Shown here: positions 43,023 through 56,197 of the stretch, piece by piece
Layout of the letters: the number at the start of each line of letters is the position of its first letter
How positions within the stretch are numbered: the first letter of the stretch is position 1
Source of the DNA: Eledone cirrhosa
Taxonomy: Eukaryota
DNA length: 64,000 bases
Assembly: GCA_964016885.1 (NCBI GenBank)
Contig: OZ024742.1
Span: forward strand, 378,758,001 to 378,822,000
Reading direction: 5' to 3'
Notes under the pieces: model-generated
Database searches by the model: none
What the model saw: only the letters and a program-made list of their open reading frames with translations
What the model was told of the DNA's origin: nothing
Made by a program: the position numbers and the translations under genes

Positions 43023-46000
43023 GTTCACCCAGTTGGAGGTGAGTGAGGATATTCACCCAGTTGTAGGCTGGAAGGATATTCACCCAGTTGTAGGCTGGAA
43101 GGTTATTCAACCAGTTATAGGTTGGCGAGGATATTCACCCAGTTGTAGGCTGGAAGGATATTCACCCAGTTGTAGGCTGGAAGGTTATTCAACCAGTTGT
43201 AGGCTGGAAGGATATTCACCCAGTTGTAGGCTGGAAGGATATTCACCCAGTTGTAGGCTGGAAGGATATTCACCCAGTTGTAGGCTAGAAGGATATTCAC
43301 CCAGTTGTAGGCTGGAAGGATATTCACCCAGTTGTAGGCTGGAAGGATATTCACCCAGTTGTAGGCTGGAAGGATATTCACCCAGTTGTAGGCTGGAAGG
43401 TTATTCAACCAGTTGTAGGTTAGTGAGGATCATTCAACCAGTTGTAGGCTGGGGAGGATATTCACCCAGTTGTGGGTTACTGAGGATATACAACCAGTTG
43501 TAGGCTGGGGAGGATATTCACCCAGTTGTGGGTTACTGAGGATATACAACCAGTTGTAGGTTGCGGAGGATATTCACCCAGTTGTAGGTTGCGGAGGATA
43601 TTCAACCAGTTGTAGGTTAGTGAGGATATTCAACCAGTTGTAGTCTTTTGAGGATATTCAACCAGTTATAGAGTAGTGAGGATATACAACCAGTTGTAGG
43701 TTGGGGAGGATATTTAACCAGTTGTAGGTTAGTGAGGATATTCAGCCAGTTGTAGTCTTTTGAGGATATTCAACCAGTTATAGAGTAGTGAGGATATACA
43801 ACCAGTTGTAGGTTGGGGAGTATATTTAACCAGTTGTAGGTTAGTGAAGATATACAACCAGTTGTAGGTTGGGGAGGATATTCAACCAGTTGTAAGGTAG
43901 TGAGGGCATTCAACCAGTTGTAGGATAGTGAGGATATTCACCCAGCTATAGGGTAGTTAGGACATTCAACCAGTTGTAGGTTGGGGAGGATATTCACCCA
44001 GTTGTAGGTTAGTGAGGATATACAACCAGTTGTAGGTTGGAGAGGATATTCAACCAGTTGTAGGGTAGTGAGGATATACAACCAGTTGTAGGATAGTGAG
44101 GATATTCAACCAGTTGTAGGTTGGGGAAGATATTCAACCAGTTGTGGGTTAGTGAGGATATTCAACCAGTTGTAGGTTGGGGAGGATATTCACCCAGTTG
44201 TGGGTTAGTGAGGATATTCAACCAGTTGTAGGTTGGGGAAGATATTCAACCAGTTGTGGGTTAGTGAGGATATTCAACCAGTTGTAGGTTGGGGAGGATA
44301 TTCACCCAGTTGCGGGTTAGTGAGGATATTCTCCCAGTTGTAGATTAGTGAAGATATACAACCAGTTGTAAGGTAGTGAGGATATTCACCTAGTTGTGTG
44401 TTAGGGAGGATATTCAACCAGTCGTAGACTGGTGAGGATATTCACCCAGTTGTAGGATAGTGAGGATATACAACCAGTTGTAGGATAGTGAGGATATTCA
44501 ACCAGTTGTAGGTTGGGGAGGATATTCACCCAGTTGTAGGTTGGTGAGGATATTCGACCAGTTGTAGGTTAGTGAGGATATTCACCCAGTTGTAGGTTGG
44601 AGAGGATATTCGACCAGTTGTAGGTTGGTGAGGATATTCGTACAGTTGTAGGTTAGTGAGGATATTCACCCAGTTGTAGGTTGGGGAGGATATTCAAACA
44701 GTTGTAGGTTGGGGAGGATATTCAACCAGTTGGAGGTTAGTGAGGATATTCTCCCAGTTGTAGATTAGTGAAGATATACAACCAGTTGTAAGGTAGTGAG
44801 GATATTCACCCAGTTGTGTGTTAGGGAGGATATTCAACCAGTTGTAGACTGGTGAGGATATTCAGCCAGTTGTGGGTTAGTGAGGATATTCAACCAGTTG
44901 TGGGTTAGTGAGGATATTCGCCCAGTTGTAGGGTAGTGAGGATATTCAACCAGTTGTGGGTTGTTGAGGATATTCAACCAGTTGTAGGGTAGTGAGGATA
45001 TTCACCCAGTTGTAGGGTAGTGAGGATATTCACCCAGTTGTAGGTTAGGGAGGATATTCACCCAGTTGTAGGCTGGAAGGATATTCAACCAGTTGTAGGT
45101 TGGTGACGATATGCAACCAGTTGTATGTTGGTGAGGATATTCAGCCAGTTGTAGGTTAGTGAGGATATACAACCAGTTGTAGGTTGGTGAGGATATTCAG
45201 CCAGTTGTAGGTTGGGGAGGATATTCAACCAGTTGTAGGTTAGTCAGGATATTCAACCAGCTGTAGGTTGGGGAGGATATTCACCCAGTTGTAGGTTAAT
45301 GAGGATATTCAACCAGTTGTACGTTGTGGAGGATATACAACCAGTTGGTGTGTAGTGAGGATATTCAACCTGTTTTAGGTTAGGGAAGATATTCATCCAG
45401 TTGGAGGTTAGTGAGGATATTCACCCAGATATAGGTTGGGGAGGATATTCAACCAGTTGTAGGTTGGGGAGGATATTCAACCAGTTGTAGGTTAGTCAGG
45501 ATATTCAACCAGCTGTAGGTTGGGGAGGATATTCACCCAGTTGTAGGTTAATGAGGATATTCAACCAGTTGTACGTTGTGGAGGATATACAACCAGTTGG
45601 TGTGTAGTGAGGATATTCAACCTGTTTTAGGTTAGGGAAGATATTCATCCAGTTGGAGGTTAGTGAGGATATTCACCCAGATGTAGGTTGGGGAGGATAT
45701 TCAACCAGTTGTAGGTTGGGGAGGATATTCAACCAGTTGTAGGTTAGTCAGGATATTCAACCAGTTGTAGGTTGGGAAGGATATTCACCCAGTTGTAGGT
45801 TAATGAGGATATTCAACCAGTTGTACGTTGTGGAGGATATACAACCAGTTGGTGTGTAGTGAGGATATTCAAACAGATGTAGATTAGTGAGGATAATCAC
45901 CCAGTTGTAGGTTAGTGAGGATATAAAACCAGTTGTGGGTTAGTGAGGATATTCAACCAGTTGCAGGTTAGTGAGGATATACAACCAGTTGTAGGGTAGT

Positions 46001-46878
46001 GAGGATATACAACCAGTTGTAGGGTAGTGAGGATATACAACCAGTTGTAGGTTCGGCAGGATTTTCAACCAGTTGTAGGTTGTAGAGGATATACAACCAG
46101 TTGTAGGTTGGCGAGGATATTCACCCAGTTGTAGGTTGGGGAGGATATTCAACCAGTTGTAGGTTGGTGAGCATTTTCAACCAGTTGTAGGTTGGTGAGG
46201 ATATACAACCAGTTGTAGGTTGGAGAGGATATTCAACCAGTTGTAGGCTGTAAGGATATTCACCCAGTTGTAGGTTGGGGAGGATATTCAACCAGTTGTA
46301 GTCTAGTGAGGATATTCAATCAGTTGTAGGTTGGGGAGGATATTCACCCAGATGTAGTTTGGGGAGGATATTCAACCAATTGTAGATTGGGAAGATATTC
46401 ATCCAGTTGTGGGTTGGAGAGGATATTCACCCAGTTGTGGGTTAGTGAGGATATTCAACTAGTTGTGGGTTGGTGAGGATATTCACCCAGTTGTGGGTTA
46501 GTGAGGATATACAACCAGTTGCAGGGTAGTGAGGATATTAACCCTGTTGTAGGTTAGTGAGGATATTCAACCAGTTGTAGTCTAGTGAGGATATTCAACC
46601 AGTTGTAGGTTGGGGAGGATATTCACCCAGTTGCAGTTTGGGGAGGATATACAACCAGTTGTGGGTTTGTGAGGATATTCAACCAGTTGTAGGCTGGAAC
46701 AATATTCAACCAGTTGTAGGTTGGTGAGGATATTCAACCAGTTGGAGGTTGGTGAGTATATTCAACCAGTTGGAGGTTAGTGAGGATATTCACCCAGTTG
46801 TAGGCTGGAAGGTTATTCAACCAGTTGGAGTTTGGTGAGGATATTCAACCATTTGTAGGTTAGTGAGGATATTCAGCC
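43023..46878. repeat. 27/28-bp minisatellite (GAGGATATTCAACCAGTTGTAGGTTRGW), about 140 copies
   Basis: 27-bp units (EGYSPSCRL) at 43045-43400, 28-bp units afterwards; a 252-bp (9-unit) repeat recurs at 45239, 45491 and 45743. Confidence 0.97.
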
Positions 46879-47114
46879 GTAGTTGAGGTGGATGTCAATT
46901 GACTTTGAGGAGTTAATTACGCTCCTTTTACAGCTCCTGCTGTTTATTGTACAGCAGGTAATTCCACGAGTGTATCTTGGTCAGCCTATGCAATATCTTG
47001 CCTATAAAGTTCTGAGCCGAACCGCGTAGTTTATTTTGGGACTCCAAATAATGAGAATAAATCTGGTGTTCATGTGAGAAATATGTTCTGGATAAATTTG
47101 TCCTGGGTGTACGT

Positions 47115-48637
47115 TTGGCAACCTACCGTTCAGTTAAACATTTTCGTCACATGCTTGAAGGATCGGATTTCGTGATCTACACGGACCATGAACCACTAGT
47201 TTATGCGTTCCGTACCAAACCTGATCGACATTCACGAAGAGAACTCCGCCACCTGGATTTTGTCTCCCAATATTCAACTGATATTCGGCATATCAAGGGA
47301 TCAGACAACATAGCAGCCGACGTCCTGTCACGAATCCAGCTGAACGCAATACATGTACATTCAGGCATCGACCTTCAACAGATCGCAGCTGACCAAGAGA
47401 CTGACGAAGAGCTTATCAAGCTCCGAGATTCACCATCCCTCAAGTTTCAGCAAGTTCCCATTCCTTCCTCTCCGGGACAAATTTGGTCCGACCTTTCTAC
47501 CGGTCATGAACGACCGTACGTACCACAGATGCATCGTCGACAAGTTTTTTCTGCTTTACACTGCTTGTCTCACCCGGGAATCCGGGCTACACAGAAACTC
47601 ATCTCTGCTCGTTTTGTGTGGACTAACATTAACAAGGACGTACGCGACTGGTCCAGGAGCTGCATGGCCTGCCAGAAAGCCCAAGTCCACAGACACATCA
47701 AAACTCCACTCAACACATTGGCGCAACCTGATGCACGTTTTCATCATGTGCATATCGACATCGTTGGACCTCTACCACCATCACAGAACTACACACATTT
47801 GCTCACCTGCATAGATCGTTTTTCCCGTTGGCCTGAGGCTTTTCCCATAAGTGCTACCTCAGCAGAAACAGTCGCTAAAACTTTGGTTTTACACTGGGTA
47901 TCACGTTATGGCGCCCCAGCGAAGATAACGGACAGAGGACGCCAATTTGATTCCCACCTCTTCAGGAACTGACTCGCCTGTTAGGATGTAAACACATCCG
48001 CACGACAGCTTATCACCCGCAAGCTAATGGTCTCGTGGAAAGATTCCATCGCCAATTGAAAGCTGCAATAAAAGCATATCCAGACAAGACCCACTGGTTT
48101 GAATACCTTCCACTCATCCTTCTGGGCATTCGATCCACCGTTAAGGAGGAATTCGGACACACACCTGCAGAATTAGTGTACGGCACCACCCTTGTTCTAT
48201 CTGGTCAGATGGTTGCTCCCATCTCTCCTCAGGACGTTCCAGACCCAGGATCATATGTACACCGTCTTCGACAATATATATTTCACCTTGCTCCTGCAAG
48301 CACCCGTCAACAGAACACGGCCACACATGTACCTTCAGACATTAAAGATTGGACACACGTTTTCGTTCGAAACGACACCATCCCAGCTCATCTTCGACCT
48401 CCATATTCTGGCCCTTACCGTGTTCTAAAAAAAGATCCGAAATATGTTATTCTCGATTAAGATGGTAAACAGAATTCTGTCAGTGTGGACAGATTAAAAA
48501 AGCCATCATGGATACAGTTATAGTCTCTACACCAGAAATTCCAACAGATTGCTGTCCCAGCAAGCCACCTGTTTCATCTCCAGTCACGAGAAGTGGACGA
48601 CGTGTCTATTGGCCCGCCAAGTTGGCACAATATGTGA
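47115..48637 (+). pseudogene. Decayed Ty3/Gypsy pol: RNase H C-terminus, integrase (HHCC, DDE) and GPY/F region
   Basis: [27 protein letters not shown]...[32 protein letters not shown]. Frameshifted near 47925-47975, stop at 48460, 5'-truncated. Confidence 0.93.
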
Positions 48638-49554
48638 ATTACCGTTAACCTCAAGTGAGTTTCTTAATCATTCTTCTTGCAAAACATTTCCATTTTCCTT
48701 GTGTTTACTATTTCCAGTTTCAAATACAATGAACTTTCTGCTTGAACAATTGCAAATTTTAGTGACCATGTGCTCATGTCACGAAGAACATTATTTATTA
48801 TGAACATTATCTATTACAAACACTATTTAAGAACAAACATTGTGTATAGCATTTTTTTCTTCTCTCTCTTGTTTTGCAAAAAGTTTTATTTTTCTTGTTC
48901 TGCAATATTAATTGTGTAATTGCCATAATTTGTATATACATACAAGGCGTGTACATATTCTATTTTTCATGCACACTACACAACCACGTTTGTTTCACCT
49001 TTGGTTCATACACTGAGCAATAGATATTTTTGTCCCTCTAACTCTTACACTACAAAATGTTTTCTCTTTGATCACGCATTTCACAAATCGCATCCTCAAA
49101 ACACTGGCCTTCTTTTTTCACGTACACATTCACTCAATAGCTCGAGAATGCCTCGCTAATTTTTGCCACATGCATTCGCTCAGTCATATGCTTTGGAGCA
49201 AACTGTTACTTTTAGGCAACATGCTTACGGCCATTCATTTCACACATTACGGTTATTTTCACTGCCCTGTTAGACTTTTTGTCACGCAATTCACAGGCAG
49301 CTCAACCAAAATGCAACAGACTCATTCATCACGCCTGCATAAATCTGGTCAAAGTCATTTTATAGTTTTTTTCTCTTCCTGACACACATCTTGATATATG
49401 ACCTCTACATCCATTCTGTCCTATACTCGATGATCACCAAACTTCACAACGTACTGGACACACCTTGGGTTATTGTCATGACAAATGCACCACTGGCTCA
49501 TTACTATACGATATTTCGGTCTTTTGTTGTACAAAAGATCTGGCAGGGGGATAA

Positions 49555-49922
49555 TGTACAGCCACCGGAAATAACATGTGTGAAATAAACAGCTCCATCT
49601 ATCTGCTTAGCTAGCTACCTCACCGTGAAACAAACAACCCTTAAAATCCACCAAAATAAAACGCCTACGCAGCGACTAAACATCAAACGATTATTTCTGT
49701 ATAAATAGAGTGATTCCAAACACTTTCGCCAGTCGACCTTTGGCAGAGTCAACTCGCGTATCGTTGTTCCTCTCCTCTGCCACGCTTGTCACTCACACAC
49801 GCCTTGTACCTCTGTATCGTCGCTTCATGTATGAAAATAAACAGCTGACCGAAACTACATCTCTCGCCTTGCTCATCCTTTCAACTTGTGCTTTCGTCTG
49901 TTCAACCTTACCGTATGTGACA
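49555..49922 (+). mobile_element. Probable Gypsy 3' LTR
   Basis: Polypurine tract GGCAGGGGGATAA directly before TGT; internal TATAAATA (~49700) and AATAAA (~49836); ends ...TGTGACA. Right boundary uncertain. Confidence 0.6.
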
Positions 49923-50105
49923 ACAGTCCTTTTAAGGGCTATCCTCAGATCCGATCAGACCATATGCGATAACAGTCCTTTTAAGGGCTATTCTCGGATC
50001 CGATCAGAAGTAGTGACCAGACCGACTAACCACGTAGCTACACATACATACATACATACATACATACATACATACATACATACATACATACATACATACA
50101 TACAT

Positions 50106-50213
<108 letters not shown>

Positions 50214-50222
50214 TATATATAT

Positions 50223-50502
50223 ATATAAAGAAAAAGAGATGAAATCGAAAATGCAACTGGAGTCTTATTTTTTTTTAAAATATATAGGGTCTGTGGTTTT
50301 TAAAAACCACAGACCCTCCATCTCAACTCACCTTTTGAAAAGCAGAAGAACTGCGAAACCGGTAAAGGAACCAAATAAATATATATATTTAAAAAAAAAA
50401 TAAGACTCCAGTTGCATTTTCGATTTCATCTCTTTTTCTTTATACTTTCACTCGTGTAGGACACCTCGGTTATTTTTCATTTTTTTGTAAAAAAAACCTC
50501 AC

Positions 50503-50509
<7 letters not shown>
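50223..50509 (+). mobile_element. Miniature fold-back copy of the PLE at 57377-63310 (family A)
   Basis: Near-identical to the last ~200 bp of the long element (63110-63310), preceded by an inverted copy. Central palindrome at 50287-50316; (TA)n on both sides. Confidence 0.9.
50331..50368 (+). ncRNA. Minimal hammerhead ribozyme, U3-A8 core variant
   Basis: cctt TTGAAAA gcag aagaa ctgc GAAA ccgG TA aagg. Confidence 0.7.
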
Positions 50510-50542
<33 letters not shown>

Positions 50543-50545
<3 letters not shown>

Positions 50546-50729
50546 AAAATGTATGACCCCGACGGCAGAGTCAAGCCGTTTGGACAGCTTTTTCTGAAAT
50601 AACCGTTGAAAGGGCTTCAGCTCTGCCGTCGGGGTCATACATTTTCCTATTACCCACTCTACTACCCTAAGTATTGAGTACACTGGCGCGTTATGATTCA
50701 TCTGGTTCCTTACCACAACTTCTTCGTTA
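50543..50729 (+). mobile_element. Fold-back PLE remnant (family B)
   Basis: IR ggaaaatgtatgaccccgacggcagag/ctctgccgtcggggtcatacattttcc plus ~80-nt tail, in (TA)n; homologous to 51602-51749 and 63351 onward. Confidence 0.75.
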
Positions 50730-50748
50730 TATATATATATATATATAT

Positions 50749-51021
50749 CGAATAAGGAAAAGCGAAGTAGTTTTTCAGATGTTCAAGTCTTTTAATAATA
50801 ATGCTGTGATATATATTTCAATGGCGACACTGGCCACACTGTTCCGTGCGGAACAGTGTGGCAACTATCGCCATTGAAATATATATCACAGCATTATTAT
50901 TAAAAGACTTGAACATCTGAAACTACTTCGCTTTTCCTTATTCAATATTTACTCCGTCACTCCTATGTGGAATAAGTACGTTGAGTGCTTGAATTGAATT
51001 GCATCAATATTTACCCTAAGA

Positions 51022-51022
<1 letters not shown>
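50749..51022 (+). mobile_element. Fold-back PLE remnant (family C)
   Basis: ~95-bp inverted arms 50750-50845/50850-50943 plus 79-nt tail, in (TA)n. The arm contains a hammerhead 3' half: GAAA-TATAT-ATC. Confidence 0.7.
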
Positions 51023-51052
<30 letters not shown>

Positions 51053-51065
51053 CATACATATACAA

Positions 51066-51126
<61 letters not shown>

Positions 51127-51129
<3 letters not shown>

Positions 51130-51579
51130 GTAGAACACTGGAAGGTAATATCCGTAGTAGTAGAGCACTCAGTCCATGGGACGAGTTAGGTAGAAGTGGT
51201 TACACGTCGTGTGGACTATGTATTGATGAACGAATAAATATTCTAAAGAGATTACGCAATAGCGATTGCCTAAACTCAAGAAATGAATTCTTCACACGTT
51301 CTCCACACGTCTGGAAACACCTCTTACATAACTACAAAGCTCCGGATTGAATTACAACAGCATCCTAATTTGTTTATGAACTAGAAACTTTCGGACTTTC
51401 GCAGTTATCTCCATTATACCTCTCGCACGCAATTTAGTGAAGTGACCGTTTCTGCGCATGCGCGTTCGTACGGCTGTCCTTCCTGTTCCGTATAATCATG
51501 TCCATTACGAGCTGAGGATCCGCTAAGGTGAAACAATTGTTCACGGTATGGTGAACTAACTGTTGTGTAACCACTTCTA
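51127..51579. mobile_element. (TA)n-inserted element with hammerhead-like motif
   Basis: 15-bp IR 51191-51205/51565-51579; CTGAGGA tcc gctaa ggt GAAA caattg TT at 51512-51541. Confidence 0.55.
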
Positions 51580-51601
51580 TATATATATATATATATATAT
51601 A

Positions 51602-51749
51602 GGAAAATGTTCAGGACCCGACGGCAGAGCTCAAGCCGTTTCGACGGCTATTTCTGGACTGAAATAGCCGTCGAAATGGCTTGAGCTCTGCCGTCCGGGT
51701 CCTCTGGTGCGTTATGGTCCACCTGATTCCTTACCACACTTCCTTCGTT
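51602..51749 (+). mobile_element. Fold-back PLE remnant (family B)
   Basis: IR ggacccgacggcagagctcaagccgtttcgacggctatttc / gaaatagccgtcgaaatggcttgagctctgccgtccgggtcc; the tail resembles that of 50543-50729. Confidence 0.75.
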
Positions 51750-51823
51750 ATATATATATATATATATATAAAAACAAGAAGTGTAAGTCAACGGGTTAAA
51801 ATTAGTTTCGTTTATTCATATTC

Positions 51824-51882
51824 ACTGCAATATATATTTCAGTGATAGCCATTATTCAACAGCTATGACCTCATCAGGTAGC
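51824..51882 (-). ncRNA. Hammerhead ribozyme motif (canonical CUGAUGA) in an insert adjoining (TA)n
   Basis: Minus strand: gctac CTGATGA ggtcatagct gttgaataat ggctatcact GAAA tatat ATT gcagt. Stem II pairs 9 of 10, stem III is palindromic, stem I has one mismatch. Confidence 0.7.
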
Positions 51883-51999
51883 TAGAACAGGAAAAACAGG
51901 GAAACATAATGTTGTAATAGATTTTACCGTGTTAATTTGTTGATCCGGATACTGAAGTGTCGGTAAACAACACATACTCGAAGTTATACACACACACGC

Positions 52000-52131
<132 letters not shown>

Positions 52132-52249
52132 ATATATTTGTATGTTACAATCATTTTGAATAACTTTCCGGCCCCAACATGGGCGCTGTGTAATGACTGA
52201 AACAAATAAAATGATACATTTCTGTACAATAATTCGTAATTGGCACTCC

Positions 52250-52782
52250 GTCGGTTACGATGACGAGTGTTCCAGTTGATACGATCAACAGAACAACCTG
52301 CTCGTGAAATTAACTTACAAGTGGCTGAGCATTCCACAAACACGCTTACCCTTAACCCTCTAGCATTTAAACTGGCCATATCCAGCCAGAATTCTCTCAC
52401 CTCTTTCTGTTCAAACTGGCTGTAACCAGCCACTCATACTGATGTTAAGGTATTATTCTCAAAATAAATGACATCAAAATCTCATAGATTCGATATTATC
52501 TCTGATAATTATGTAAGGTAAAGCCTTTACCGCGAAAATATAATAGTAAATATAGAGTAATGTAAATGCTAAAGGGTTAACGTAGTTCTCAGGGAGATTC
52601 AGTGTGATACAGAGTGTGACAAGGTTGGTCCTTCGAATTACAGGTCCAACTCATTTCTGCCAGCAGAGTTGACTGGAGGAATGTGAAATAAAATGTCTTG
52701 TTCAAGGACACAGTGCGTCACTGGGAATCGAACTCACGACCTTACGATTGTGACCATAATACCCTAACCACAGAGCCACACA
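52250..52782 (-). mobile_element. SINE family 1 copy interrupted by a MITE
   Basis: Reverse complement of 42320-42632 on both sides of 52352-52580. Confidence 0.8.
52356..52576. mobile_element. TTAA-specific (piggyBac-type) MITE, 221 bp
   Basis: TTAA|CCCTCTAGCATTTA ... TAAATGCTAAAGGG|TTAA. Removing it restores the SINE sequence ccc-ttaa-cgtagttctcaggg. Confidence 0.85.
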
Positions 52783-52993
52783 CTGTACTATAACCTGGTA
52801 CTCGTGCTTATTCCAGAAAGACGGCATGAACAATGACAATATAGAGGACATATTAGCAGAAAGGATGAATGGAATAATCAGAATCATGGGAGATGGTATA
52901 AATCAATTGGTTAATGAAGCCTGATTGAAGATCGATGTCAATCAAGGTCAGATAAATCGAACTAATTAAATGATTTTTACAAGATGTCTATAG

Positions 52994-53507
52994 GTGTGTA
53001 TGTGTGTGTGTGAATATGTATGTGTGTGTATGGTGTATATGTGTGCGTGTCTACGTGTGTGTCTACGTGGGTGTGTGTGTGAGTGTATGTACGTGTGTGT
53101 GTGTGATTGTGTGTACGCGTGTATGTGTGTACGTGTGTATATATGTGTGTGTACCTGTGTGTGTGTATGTGTGTGAACGTGTGTATGTATGTGTGTGTAC
53201 TTGTGTGTATGTGAGTGTGTGTGTGTACGTGTGTGTGACTGTGTGTGTATACGTATGTATGTGTGTACGTGTGTATGTATGTATGTGTACCTGTGTGTGT
53301 CTGTACGTGTGTATGTATGTATGTGTGTATACCTGTGTGAGTGTGTGTGTACGTGTAGGCATGTGCGTGTGTATGTGTGCGTGTGTATGTATATGTATGT
53401 ATGGGTACGTGTGTTTATGTGTGTGTACGTGTGTTTGTATGTGTGTACGTGTGTATATGTGTGTATGTACGTGTGTATGTGTATATGTATGTGTATATAT
53501 GTATGTG
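52994..53507. repeat. Degenerate (TG)n microsatellite
   Basis: Direct inspection. Confidence 0.9.
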
Positions 53508-54728
53508 ATTCTAACTAATATCAGAATAGTAAGAAACTAGTCCAAGTTTAGTATATTACTGCAACTATTGTCTTGTTATATAACAATCACTCACTAATTC
53601 AACAAAAATCTCTAGCTTCTACATGGTCACCTAAATTGCTAGGAATAGTAGCTAAATCCTCCTCGAATCACACACTACAATCATTTTAAAAGGGGCACAT
53701 TAGTTGCCATTCAATTTGTTCTCTTCAGCTATCTTATATTTTCCTGATAATTATGGCCGGGCCAAAGAGCCAGACCGTTTCCTTATAGGGTATTAAGCCC
53801 ACCGACAGGAGTAGTATAGGGTGACAGCAGTTTTCACTGGTCGACTACACATACCACAAATTTTTTATTATAATAGAATCATTATAATAGAATTTCAAAG
53901 AAATTGTATATATATATATATGTATCATCATTCATCATTTCATTTTACGTCCGCTTTTTCCCTGCTTGCAAGGGTGGGACGGGAACTGATTCTGGCTTGA
54001 TTTCTACAGCTGGATGCCCTTCCTATATGTATATGTATATGTATATTTATATACATATACATGATGGCTGCCCCCTCGTTATCGATTATGGCCATTGCAC
54101 GATATACCATTATTAGTAATTATTAGTTAATTCCATCTGTACGTGAAGATTTTTTTAAAGTGAGGAAAGACTGTGCACTGAGCCAATCTCCCTCTTTGAG
54201 CGACAGTAGCTATAACTCGAAAAGAAGAAAAGATCAACATCATCGGTAACTACTGAGCCGCAGGTTTTATGTCGGAGTTATCCCAGTTTCTTGAGTTGCC
54301 TTCTCCTAGAAGAATGCCCTGACAAAGGCTAGGGGTCCTTCATTCCCAGTGGTTTAACTGCGTGATCGGGTATCCAGCCCGACTATTTCTATGTCCCCGC
54401 GCATATACAGACACATATATATGTACATGTGTATATACATATTTACACACTTTAGGATGGCCGTTGACTCTTATGAGTTCTTCCACCCTTTGTCAGGTTT
54501 TGCTTTTTGTCCTGCAGGGTGTCCAAAATCCCCCTCCTCACCAAGTAAACTTGGTGGAGTTGCCGGTTTAGTCGCCGATGACCCAACCATGCGACAGGTT
54601 GTACTGGGTTACATGTTACTAGTATCACTCAACAGTGATCCGACATATATATACGTATATATGTATATACATATATATATATATATACATACATACACAC
54701 ATATATATATGTGTGTGTGTGTGGGTGC

Positions 54729-54764
<36 letters not shown>

Positions 54765-55090
54765 TACGACGTGGTTTATACTACGCTTCCAATTACCCTG
54801 CAATTATTAGTCAAAATTGAATTATTTTGTTCGTTTATGTAGCAAAAATTTAAAATTAATTAATATAATTATGTAAATATGTACACTAAATAAACTTCAC
54901 AATTCTTTCACTTTATGTAGTTATTTTGATTCTTTACCATCAGTGATACTGGAGGCTCTGCAGGTTGCACTTAATTGTTTCATAGATAGAATTACTCCTG
55001 TTAACATCAACAACATGAATCTAACATAGTTATATATAAATGCTAAAGGATGATAAATAAAACAAAACAAGGTAATGTTTTTCTTACCCA

Positions 55091-55400
55091 ATGTATTTCA
55101 ACACAATATTCTCTGGCAAGTTGTTGCAGTCTGCAACTAATACAGTCTCTGCTGCACTTCGGCCCGAGGAGGGTAAATTTTTTAAATATCGGTCGCTCTC
55201 CGACAGGTTTTCGGTCGAACCCGTATCAGTGGAAACTACTGGTCTCCTTGGCTCTAGGTCCACCTCCCTACTCACCACCATCGGCACGAATTTGGCTACC
55301 CACAGGTGTGAGCCTCGTGAGCTGGATTGGCCGCTCTTCCAACGCATCTCCCACAACATCCTTTAGGGAAGCACCTTCTCTATTCTGTCCGCCGGGGCTG
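55091..55400 (+). pseudogene. C-terminal restriction-like-endonuclease region of a CRE-like non-LTR retrotransposon (decayed)
   Basis: EEGKFFKYRSLSDRFSVEPVSVETTGLLG...IG......EPRE....LFQRISHNIL*GS resembles the E..K..KY..L...F.P...ET.G..G...LFQRIS...QRGN C-terminus of CRE-clade RLE elements. Confidence 0.65.
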
Positions 55401-55700
55401 CAGGTGGCCAACACGTGGGCCTTCATTTGCTTATAATAGTGAGAGATGGGGAGAACGGGAGAGATGGAGGCAGTGACAATGGTAGTTTGGTTTCATTTTG
55501 TCCGGATTTGGTGTATATATTTCGGAGTTACAAACCCCTTTTCGAAACGAAGGATTGGTGGGTTCTTCCCTAGCATAGTTATAATTTAATGTAGGCCTAT
55601 GATTGTTATACATGTAAATTTCGTTATCTAATTCTTTTTTTAATTCCTTGCATCATTTGTAAAACTACACACGCATATACACACACACATACGCACACAT

Positions 55701-55767
<67 letters not shown>

Positions 55768-56129
55768 TAGACACATGAAGTCACATGAATAACAATGTAA
55801 CAGAAAATACATATAGTACAATAAACAATTATGTGATTTAATCCCGTTTTAACTAACTCACCTCCCCAAATTCTCTAATACCCCGTCCATTATCACACCC
55901 CTAGATTCCTATCGCTTTCTCTTTTCATTAGCAGCTTCTCTTACAACTAAGACATGCCGACTATATATGCTCACTCCACTTTTCCCTTCACTGCTCTGTA
56001 TACACACATACACACCCTTATATTAACATACTTTTGCTCGTAGCTTCGTACTTACATGCACACACACTCTTTTACTCACATTTATACACACACTTTTCTT
56101 CTTAGCTTCGTACGGACGTACAATAACAC

Positions 56130-56197
<68 letters not shown>

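Noticed and set aside
42883-43503. 206-aa ORF with EGYSPSCRL repeats
   Set aside because: Read-through into 27-bp satellite units; the frame is lost once the units become 28 bp.
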